Part shown: positions 25,097 to 31,853 of the stretch, piece by piece | Numbering within the stretch: the first letter of the stretch is position 1 | Layout: the number at the start of each line of letters is the position of its first letter | Assembly: GCA_040882285.1 (NCBI GenBank) | Contig: JBBEBQ010000010.1 | Coordinates: forward strand, 238,147 to 270,146 | Direction of reading: 5' to 3' | Origin: Gemmatimonadaceae bacterium | Lineage (GTDB): Bacteria; Gemmatimonadota; Gemmatimonadetes; Gemmatimonadales; Gemmatimonadaceae | Length of the DNA stretch: 32,000 bases | Notes under the pieces: generated by a model | What the model was told of the DNA's origin: nothing | Databases searched by the model: none | What the model saw: the letters and a program-made list of their open reading frames with translations, nothing else | Made by a program: the position numbers and the translations under genes

Positions 25097-26758
25097 ATGA
25101 GACGTAACATCTTTCTCGCCGTGGTCGCCGCCGGCATCGCAGGCTGTGTCCCTTCTCCGGCTCCCACTGTCGCACCGGAGCCGGTCGTGCGTGAATCCAC
25201 CGGGTTGCCGTCGGTCGCCGAGCGCCTGGCGAAATACACGCCGGTAACGCTCGCCGCCGACATGTCCGGCCTGAGCGCCGGCGAGCGGCGCATGCTGCCG
25301 CTCCTGATAGATGCAGCGCACGTCATGCACGACGTCTTCTGGATGCAGTCGTACGGCAACCGTGACTCGCTGCTCAGCTCGACAACGGATCCGCTCGCGC
25401 GCCGGTTCGCGGAGCTCAACGTCGGCCCGTGGGATCGGCTCGACGACAACGCGCCGTTCATAGCGGGTATCGGACCGAAGCCGGAGGGCGCGAACCTGTA
25501 TCCGCGCGACATGACCAAGGCGGAGTTCGAGGCCGCGGTCGCGGCGGGCGGCACGCGGGCGGATTCGCTCAAGAGCCTGTACACCATCGTACGACGGGAC
25601 GCGCAGGGCCGCCTCGTCGCGATTCCGTATCATCACGCCTTCGCCGCGCAACACCGGATCGCCGCGCGCAAGCTGCGTGAGGCCGCCGCTCTCGCCGAGG
25701 ACGCGGGGCTGCGGCGCTACCTGACCACGCGCGCCGACGCGTTGCTGAACGACGAGTATCAGGCGAGCGACATCGCCTGGCTGGACATGAAGTCGAATAC
25801 GCTCGACATCGTGATTGGCCCGATCGAGACGTACGAGGACGCGCTGTTCGGCTACAAGGCCGCGCATGAGGGCTACGTGCTGGTGAAGGACAAGGCGTGG
25901 AGCAGCCGCCTGTCGAAGTACGCGGCCATGCTGCCGGCGCTGCAGCGCGGGATCCCCGTGCCCGACGCCTACAAGCAGGAAACTCCCGGCTCCGACTCGG
26001 ATCTGAACGCGTACGACGTGGTGTACGTCGCGGGAGATGCGAACGCCGGCTCGAAGACGATCGCGATCAACCTGCCGAACGACGAGGAGGTGCAGCTCCA
26101 GAAAGGCACGCGCCGGCTCCAGCTCAAGAACGCGATGCGGGCCAAGTTCGACAAGATTCTGCTGCCGATCGCGCGGGAGCTCGTCGTGGCGGATCAGCTC
26201 GGCAACGTCACCTTCGACGCGTTCTTCTCGAACGTGATGTTCCACGAGGTCGCGCACGGGCTCGGCATCAAGAACACCATCAATGGAAGCGGCCCGGTCC
26301 GCACGGCGCTGAAGGAACGCGCGTCTGCGCTGGAGGAAGGAAAGGCCGACATCCTCGGGCTGTACATGATTCGCGAGCTGCACTCGCAGGGCGAGTTGGG
26401 CACGGCGCCGCTCGACGACAACTACGTCACGTTCCTCGCGAGCCTGTTCCGCTCGATCCGGTTCGGCGCGGCCTCGGCGCACGGCCGCGCGAACGTCGCC
26501 GCGTTCAATTTTCTCCAGGAGATGGGCGCGTTCTCGCGCGGCGCCGACGGGAAGTACCGCGTCGATCCGGTGAAGATGCGCCAGGGCGCCAATTCACTCT
26601 CGCGGCTCATCCTCACGTTGCAGGGCGACGGGGACTACGAGGGAGTCGGCCGGTTCAACGAGCGGTACGGGACCATCGGTCCCACGCTGCGCGCGGATCT
26701 CGACCGGCTGCGGACGCGCTCGATCCCCGTGGACATCATCTACGAGCAGGCGCGGTAG
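25097..26758 (+). CDS. M49-like (dipeptidyl-peptidase III-like) zinc metallopeptidase lipoprotein
   Basis: 553 aa from the internal ATG at 25097 (MRRNIFLAVVAAGIAGC, a lipobox). It carries an HExxH pentapeptide (MFHEVAHGLG) followed by EEGKAD. This resembles the short-motif DPP III subgroup, recalled from memory and not searched. Confidence 0.6.
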   Translation: MRRNIFLAVVAAGIAGCVPSPAPTVAPEPVVRESTGLPSVAERLAKYTPVTLAADMSGLSAGERRMLPLLIDAAHVMHDVFWMQSYGNRDSLLSSTTDPLARRFAELNVGPWDRLDDNAPFIAGIGPKPEGANLYPRDMTKAEFEAAVAAGGTRADSLKSLYTIVRRDAQGRLVAIPYHHAFAAQHRIAARKLREAAALAEDAGLRRYLTTRADALLNDEYQASDIAWLDMKSNTLDIVIGPIETYEDALFGYKAAHEGYVLVKDKAWSSRLSKYAAMLPALQRGIPVPDAYKQETPGSDSDLNAYDVVYVAGDANAGSKTIAINLPNDEEVQLQKGTRRLQLKNAMRAKFDKILLPIARELVVADQLGNVTFDAFFSNVMFHEVAHGLGIKNTINGSGPVRTALKERASALEEGKADILGLYMIRELHSQGELGTAPLDDNYVTFLASLFRSIRFGAASAHGRANVAAFNFLQEMGAFSRGADGKYRVDPVKMRQGANSLSRLILTLQGDGDYEGVGRFNERYGTIGPTLRADLDRLRTRSIPVDIIYEQAR

Positions 26759-26763
26759 CCGGG

Positions 26764-27294
26764 ATGGGCGCGAAGCCGGACATGGCCGGATCATCGGACT
26801 ATCGCGCGCCCGACGGGACCGGCATCGGTCACGTGCATCTCAAGGTATCCGACCTCGAGCGGTCGCTCGCGTTCTACGTGGGAGTGCTCGGCTTTCAGCT
26901 CACGCAGCGGTACGGCAAGCAGGCCGCGTTCGTGTCCGCGGGCGGATATCACCACCATATCGGGCTGAACACCTGGCACAGCGAGGGAGGCAGCCCTCCG
27001 TCGCCCCGGACCACCGGCCTGTACCACCTGGCGATCCGGTATCCGACTCGGGCGGACCTGGCCGGAGCGCTCAAGCGGCTGATCGAAGCCGGGATTAAGT
27101 TGCGGGGAGCGTCGGATCACGGGGTGAGCGAGGCCATCTACCTGGACGACCCCGATTCAAACGGTGTCGAGCTCTACTGGGACCGGCCCGAAGCCGAGTG
27201 GCCGCGGACCAGCGACGGCTCGCTCGCGATGAAGACGGAGCATCTGGATCTGGATGGATTGCTGCCGTCCGCTTCCATCGCGGCGCCCTTGTGA
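26764..27294 (+). CDS. VOC (glyoxalase/bleomycin-resistance/extradiol dioxygenase) family protein
   Basis: 176 aa from the ATG at 26764. Motifs: IGHVHLKVSDLERSLAFYVGVLGF, HHHIGLNTW, LYHLAIRYP, VSEAIYLDDPDSNGVELY. Confidence 0.8.
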   Translation: MGAKPDMAGSSDYRAPDGTGIGHVHLKVSDLERSLAFYVGVLGFQLTQRYGKQAAFVSAGGYHHHIGLNTWHSEGGSPPSPRTTGLYHLAIRYPTRADLAGALKRLIEAGIKLRGASDHGVSEAIYLDDPDSNGVELYWDRPEAEWPRTSDGSLAMKTEHLDLDGLLPSASIAAPL

Positions 27295-27387
27295 ATAAAT
27301 TCACAATCTCGGCGGCGTACGGGTTGCCTCATTGAAATATCACATACTTTGTTGGACCATCGAGCACGGGCGGAGGCCTTTTCAGCA

Positions 27388-27888
27388 ATGAAGATTTCCA
27401 GGATTTTTTTGGGCGCGGCGGGAATGATCGCGCTCGCGTGCGGCGGCGCGGACACCAGCAACACGGCGACGACCGGTGACACTGCCGCGGCAGCGGCTGC
27501 CACGACGCCGGCCGCGACTCCGGCGGCGGCCGGCACGACGGCGCCCATCACGGGCACCACGCACGAAGTGCGCATGGTGTTCGAGAACAACGAGTACAAG
27601 TTCGTCCCCGCGAACATCACCGTTAAGGCCGGCGACGGCATCCGGTGGATCATGATAAGCGGCGCGCCGCACAACGTCGCGTTCGATCCCGCCACGATCC
27701 CGGCGAACGTGAAGTCGCAGCTCTCGGCCAACATGCCGAACCAGATCAGCGAGCTATCGAGCCCGATGATGATCAACCTGAACGAGACGTACACCATCTC
27801 CTTCGCGAACATCCCGGCGGGCGCCTACAACTACCACTGCACGCCGCACCTTGCGATGAACATGCGGGGCGTCATCACGGTCGAGTAA
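27388..27888 (+). CDS. Plastocyanin/pseudoazurin-like type 1 blue copper protein, lipoprotein with Ala/Thr-rich linker
   Basis: 166 aa from the ATG at 27388 (GGAGG upstream). Lipobox IALACG. Cupredoxin ligand pattern: H in GAPHNVAF, then YNYHCTPHLAMNMRG (Cys-x2-His-x4-Met). Confidence 0.85.
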   Translation: MKISRIFLGAAGMIALACGGADTSNTATTGDTAAAAAATTPAATPAAAGTTAPITGTTHEVRMVFENNEYKFVPANITVKAGDGIRWIMISGAPHNVAFDPATIPANVKSQLSANMPNQISELSSPMMINLNETYTISFANIPAGAYNYHCTPHLAMNMRGVITVE

Positions 27889-27915
27889 CCGGCCCGGCAG
27901 CGGACTTGCTTAGTG

Positions 27916-27948
27916 AAACGGGAGCGCGGCATACGCGCTTCCGTTTTT
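27916..27948 (+). terminator. Rho-independent terminator after the blue copper gene
   Basis: AAACGGGAGCGCG (27916-28) pairs with CGCGCTTCCGTTT (27934-46) over 13 bp with one G-U pair. The loop is GCATA. It runs into a T5 tract (27944-48). Confidence 0.7.
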
Positions 27949-27976
27949 CACTTATGGCAGCTCACATTTCAAACCG

Positions 27977-29674
27977 ATGAAGCGTTGGGCCGGTGGGGCG
28001 CTTGGGATGTCGGCGCGCGCGAAGAACGCGCTGCGCAGGCGTGCCCGCATCGCGGTGGTGAGCGGAGTCGCTTTCGTGGCCGCGCTGGTGACCTTCGTGC
28101 TGATTCCGCGCCGCGCGACCCGCGTGGCGACGGCCGTCGAGGCGCGGATCCCCGACCGCCCCGACTCGCAGCCCACGCTCAACGCGCGGATCGCCGCCCT
28201 CGCCACCATCTCGCAGAGTGATTCCCTGCTGGCTCTCGCGCGCCGGGAAGCCGCCCAGGCACTCGCGCAATCCATCGACACACTTCCGTTCTATCTCATT
28301 CCGCGGCGGGACTCGCTGACGGCGCGAGTGGCCGTGCTCACTCGGCTGATCGAGCGCGCGCAGAGCACGCCGCTGCCTTCCGCGTACAGAGCGCTCGGCT
28401 CCTCACCTGAGATCAGGAGCGCGCCGATCGTCCAGTCACTGCTCGACTCGCTGGCGATCATCGAGCGTGAGCGGGAGACGTTCGGCGCGCTCGGCGGCGC
28501 GGACCCGCTGGCGATCGCGTTGTCGGCGCGGGCGAACTCGATCGGCCGCTCGCTGGTCGCGATCGCGGTCTCGCGCCGCAACGAGCTGCGCGCGGCGCTG
28601 CAGCCGCTGCTTCCCCCGCGGGCGCCGTCCGTCGCGGCCACGCCCACCGCCGACACCATGGCGGTGCACGTGCAGCGGAACGAGGCGATCGGCATCCTCA
28701 ACGCGGCCAACGCGCGGCTCGTCGAGATCCGTCGGCGCAACCAGGAGATAGACCGGATGACGGCGCAGGCGCGGCAGATCGCCAACGTCGACGCGCCGCC
28801 GTGGGCGATGCTCGCGTCGGCGCTGGTGATCGCGCTCGCGCTGGGCTTCGCGGTCTCGCTGCTGGTCGAGGTGCGCAACCCGCACATAGCCGACGTGCGC
28901 GAGGCGGAGCAGACCGCGGGGACGCGCGTGCTCACGGTGGTGGACCCGCGCGAGCAGATAGTGGAGCGCGCGCGGCGGCAGTCGGACGTGGAGGCGCCGC
29001 CGCTCATCGACGTCGTCTCCGACACGTACCGGACGCTGTACTTGCGCCTGTCGTCGCTGGACGCGCCGGTGAATACGGTGACCATCACCGGCGACGACAT
29101 GGACATCGCGTCCACGGTCGCGGTGAACGTCGCGGCGATCGCGGCCTACGAAGCGCGGAGCACGCTGGTGATCGACGGCGATCCCGTGACCTGCGGCGTC
29201 GCGGGCGCGCTCCGGATCCCGCCGGACCCCGGCCTCACGGCGGTGCTCGCCGAAAAAGTGGTGCTTGCTGATGCCGTGGTGTTCACGACGATCGGCCGCG
29301 ACCAGATGCTGGCCGTGATCCCCGCCGGCAAGCGCCTGGGCCAGCCGACCGCGAGCGCCGTCAAGAAGGCGAAGGAAGACCTGGAGCGGATGTCGTCGCG
29401 CTACGACATGATCGTCTTCACCGCGCCGCTGGCGCAGACGAAGCAGGACGCAACGACGATCGTTTCCTCGACCGACGTGATTCTATGCGCGCGCATGGCG
29501 AGAACTCCGCTGAAGGAGCTGTCGAGCGCGGTCGAGACGCTACGCGGAGCGGGGATGCGTGTGCACGGTCTGGTGCTGTGGAATACCGAGTCGCCGCGGC
29601 TGCGGACGCGGGACGAGCTGCTCTCCGCAGCGAAAAGGCCTCCACGAGAGGCGACACTCGAACCGGCTGGCTGA
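27977..29674 (+). CDS. Polysaccharide co-polymerase (PCP-2a / Wzc-GumC-like) with degenerate C-terminal BY-kinase-like P-loop domain
   Basis: 565 aa. TM1 spans aa ~24-43, followed by a long Ala/Arg/Leu-rich (coiled-coil-like) periplasmic region and TM2 at aa ~276-297. The MinD/ParA-like domain aligns by eye to BY-kinases (TLVIDGDP, LAVIPAGK, YDMIVFTAP, RVHGLVLWN). Walker A reads ITGDDMDIAST, with no GK[ST]. Confidence 0.7.
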   Translation: MKRWAGGALGMSARAKNALRRRARIAVVSGVAFVAALVTFVLIPRRATRVATAVEARIPDRPDSQPTLNARIAALATISQSDSLLALARREAAQALAQSIDTLPFYLIPRRDSLTARVAVLTRLIERAQSTPLPSAYRALGSSPEIRSAPIVQSLLDSLAIIERERETFGALGGADPLAIALSARANSIGRSLVAIAVSRRNELRAALQPLLPPRAPSVAATPTADTMAVHVQRNEAIGILNAANARLVEIRRRNQEIDRMTAQARQIANVDAPPWAMLASALVIALALGFAVSLLVEVRNPHIADVREAEQTAGTRVLTVVDPREQIVERARRQSDVEAPPLIDVVSDTYRTLYLRLSSLDAPVNTVTITGDDMDIASTVAVNVAAIAAYEARSTLVIDGDPVTCGVAGALRIPPDPGLTAVLAEKVVLADAVVFTTIGRDQMLAVIPAGKRLGQPTASAVKKAKEDLERMSSRYDMIVFTAPLAQTKQDATTIVSSTDVILCARMARTPLKELSSAVETLRGAGMRVHGLVLWNTESPRLRTRDELLSAAKRPPREATLEPAG

Positions 29675-29711
29675 TTCCGAGAGTGGGCAGGCGGATGCAA
29701 GAAGATATGAA

Positions 29712-29731
29712 AGGGCTGGCCCTCCAGCCTT
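29712..29731 (+). terminator. Short hairpin about 40 nt after the Wzc-like stop (possible terminator)
   Basis: GGCTGG / CCAGCC form a 6-bp stem that is extendable by G-U and A-U pairs. The loop is CCCT. There is no clear U-tract. Confidence 0.3.
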
Positions 29732-29835
29732 GGCGTGGGTTAGCGTCTCCCATGTCAATGCAGGAGTTGCCAGAGCCACATACAGAGCGGCGTGATTGCG
29801 CCGGTGGTGCAGAATAACGGAGGAGGACCAGCCCT

Positions 29836-30014
29836 ATGTCCCATACAATTTATCTCGGTCTCGACGCGCACAAGGATTCTGTTATGATCGCCGTCTTCCA
29901 AAGGGGCGGGAGAGACCGAGGGAGGTCACGAAGTTGCCGCACGACCTGTCGCGGCTCGAGCGGTATTTCCGGAGCTTGGCCCGCGAGGGTGCGACGCTTC
30001 GGGCCTGCTACGAG
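29836..30014 (+). pseudogene. IS110-family (DEDD) transposase N-terminal remnant, frameshifted and truncated
   Basis: GGAGGAGG SD, then MSHTIYLGLDAHKDSVMIAV, the typical IS110 N-terminus with the first catalytic D. Homology continues in another frame (REVTKLPHDLSRLERYFRSLAREGATLRACYE), which implies an indel between ~29896 and ~29919. Similarity ends after CYE, so more than 250 aa of a normal transposase are missing. Confidence 0.6.
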
Positions 30015-30176
30015 ACGGTCAACATCCAGGGCAACAGCTACCGCATGCGGCACCACGCCGACCTTCACGCCGAACTCCGCTCCCCCTCCACCACCGGGAG
30101 GGTGTCCGGAGCGTTCATCCTTCAAACGGCGGAACAGCCGCCAGGAGGCCCAGGCGAGCTAAAAGATCGCCCCCTG

Positions 30177-30213
30177 AAAGTGTGCAATTCCAACCCGCAA
30201 AAAGTGTGCAATT
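30177..30213 (+). repeat. Direct repeat AAAGTGTGCAATT x2 with 24-bp period
   Basis: Read directly: exact 13-mers at 30177-30189 and 30201-30213, immediately upstream of a TTGACA hexamer. Confidence 0.85.
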
Positions 30214-30223
30214 TCACCCGCCA

Positions 30224-30253
30224 TTGACACCGGCGCCGTGACGGAACAAGAAT
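30224..30253 (+). promoter_or_regulatory. Possible promoter (TTGACA - 18 nt - AAGAAT) for the island genes
   Basis: A perfect -35 hexamer at 30224-29 and a weak -10-like hexamer at 30248-53. It lies about 100 nt upstream of the 30353 start. By eye only. Confidence 0.25.
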
Positions 30254-30352
30254 TCCTCCACACTCACGCGATCAGGAAAAAACCGGAGGCCGCGGTGCCG
30301 GTCTTTTCCGCTCCTGAACCAACCGCCGCGGAATCCTAATGGAGGCGGAACG

Positions 30353-30862
30353 ATGCGAAACCCGGCACCGACGTTCGCACTCACCTTCGCTGGCACGGCC
30401 CGACCCACATGGTGGTCGGCTCTTGTGCTGCTCGTGGTAGCCACATTCGGAGTCGCGGGCTGCGCCGATCAAGAACCGATTACACCGCCCTCGTTACAAA
30501 AAGCATTAGCACCCTCTGGCCCGGACGCGCTCGGCCACGAAAGAGTCGAGCAGAGTGAACGGCGGGTGACGGAGCTTCCCGATGGGCGTGTCCTTGAGGA
30601 GCTTCATGGAGAACCTGCGTACCGGCACCTCCAGCAACTCATGTCACGGCGACCGGAAGCTTTTGCGAACCTCTCGCTGCCGGCTAAGGGTTACCGCCCG
30701 TCCGGGGAGGTGCTGATCCAAAGAGTTACGCGCCCTCGGCATGCCGCTTTGCGTGGGGACGGTTTTTTATGCTTGCACAATCATACCAAGAGTCGAACTC
30801 GGAGGGGGAAATTATCTTCTGGTCCTGGGACGACGGAGCCCCCGACACTTGGGAAGGCGTGA
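30353..30862 (+). CDS. Hypothetical lipoprotein; the reading frame looks genuine only up to the T6 run at ~30769
   Basis: GGAGG lies 7 nt upstream of the ATG. Signal plus lipobox: WWSALVLLVVATFGVAGC|ADQEP. After 30769 the translation turns into Arg/Ser/Thr/Gly-rich junk (LCLHNHTKSRTRRGKLSSGPGTT) while the -1 frame looks protein-like. Confidence 0.5.
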   Translation: MRNPAPTFALTFAGTARPTWWSALVLLVVATFGVAGCADQEPITPPSLQKALAPSGPDALGHERVEQSERRVTELPDGRVLEELHGEPAYRHLQQLMSRRPEAFANLSLPAKGYRPSGEVLIQRVTRPRHAALRGDGFLCLHNHTKSRTRRGKLSSGPGTTEPPTLGKA

Positions 30863-31293
30863 TCTGGTTCGAGGACTACACTAGAGGCATCGCTGGCACC
30901 AATGAAGCGCAGGTCGACATCTCGTCCACCGAATCGCACGAGCTCGTGTTCTTGGAAAACACATGGGAGTCGGGTGGGGGCGGTGGTGGTCCTGGCGATA
31001 TCGAGCCTATGTGGAATCCGGCACCTTGCGCTACGATCGCCCCAGGGGTGAGGTTCGCAAGCCTTGATGTCGGTTCGACGTGGGTTGCTAGCGGTTACAC
31101 GTTGGCTTCCTCTGCCGGCTGGAGTTGGAGGAGGTGGGGCGGATGCACGGTCGCTGGGGGTGTTGGCGGGTGCGCCGGCGCCGCTACCGGATGCATTTTG
31201 ACCGGTGCGGGCTGGCCCAAGTGCACTGCCGCTTTTTGTGCCGGAGCATTCGTTGGCGCCGCAGTCGGTTGTGGTTTAGCTGAACTAATGTGA
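30769..31293 (+). CDS. Hypothetical protein: acidic Trp-rich domain, G6 linker, Gly/Ala/Cys-rich hydrophobic C-terminal tail. It is either a stand-alone ORF or the -1 frame continuation of 30353.
   Basis: 174-aa ORF whose ATG directly follows the T6 run. EIIFWSWDDGAPDTWEGVIWFEDY...ESGGGGGGPG...WGGCTVAGGVGGCAGAATGCILTGAGWPKCTAAFCAGAFVGAAVGCGLAELM. No family recognised. Confidence 0.55.
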   Translation: MLAQSYQESNSEGEIIFWSWDDGAPDTWEGVIWFEDYTRGIAGTNEAQVDISSTESHELVFLENTWESGGGGGGPGDIEPMWNPAPCATIAPGVRFASLDVGSTWVASGYTLASSAGWSWRRWGGCTVAGGVGGCAGAATGCILTGAGWPKCTAAFCAGAFVGAAVGCGLAELM

Positions 31294-31300
31294 GGACCTC

Positions 31301-31648
31301 ATGCATGCGAACGAAGAACGGACCAACTGCGGACCTGGGCTGACGCGCTGGGAAATGAGCGCTTTTTGGATCACGAGCACTCTAACGGGAGCTTTGTTGA
31401 TGCTCCTCGTTGGGTTCGTGACCCCCAGACTTCTGGCGCCTGTGCTCGTTCTACCGCTGGGTGTTTGGGCCGGCCTGGGATTCCTGGTGTTGGGGCTGGC
31501 TCTGTATCCAGTAATGCGAACCGAGGCCCGGCTCGCCCAGCCAACTCGGGGGTTATCGTTCAAGCGATTTCTGATAGCCATGCTACTCGGTTCCGTAGTG
31601 GGCGCTCTGGTTTTCCTCGCGTGGCGCGCGATACTGGGCGCATTCTAA
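31301..31648 (+). CDS. Hypothetical small polytopic membrane protein (about 3 TM)
   Basis: 115 aa. The SD GAGGA overlaps the upstream stop (TGAGGAcctcATG). Hydrophobic helices: FWITSTLTGALLMLLVGFV, LLAPVLVLPLGVWAGLGFLVLGLALYPV, FLIAMLLGSVVGALVFLAW. Confidence 0.6.
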   Translation: MHANEERTNCGPGLTRWEMSAFWITSTLTGALLMLLVGFVTPRLLAPVLVLPLGVWAGLGFLVLGLALYPVMRTEARLAQPTRGLSFKRFLIAMLLGSVVGALVFLAWRAILGAF

Positions 31649-31814
31649 TCGAAATCGCTCCCAGGTTGCCGAGGTTCCAGACCTCGAAAAGATGGAGCCA
31701 TGAACCCGACGAGGTGGAGCTGCCCCGTTTCGTGGACACCTTCAGACTGGAGAGAAAGGAGGAGTTCACGATGCCGAGATCGAGACCGCCACCCCCGAGG
31801 GATTTGGCTGACAG

Positions 31815-31853
31815 ATGGGCCCGGACTTCACCCGGGCCCATTCTCTTTGTGTG
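31815..31853 (+). terminator. Hairpin with 10-bp perfect GC-rich stem followed by a T-rich tail
   Basis: ATGGGCCCGG (31815-24) pairs with CCGGGCCCAT (31832-41). The loop is ACTTCAC, followed by TCTCTTTGTGTG. It lies about 170 nt after the 31301 gene. Confidence 0.5.

Noticed and set aside
25028-26482. 484-aa ORF antisense to the M49-like gene
   Set aside because: Rejected for the same reason: it has no recognisable motifs, and the opposite strand encodes a coherent lipoprotein with HExxH.
17962-27294. Long N-terminal extensions of track ORFs 17962-20286, 23096-24955, 24965-26758 and 25897-27294 (also 3903-5084, 20845-21273 and 21290-22612 elsewhere)
   Set aside because: The extensions overlap the upstream gene in another frame and translate to Arg/Gly/Ala-rich noise. 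Internal ATGs give proper signal peptides or N-termini and create ATGA/TGATG coupling with the preceding stop.
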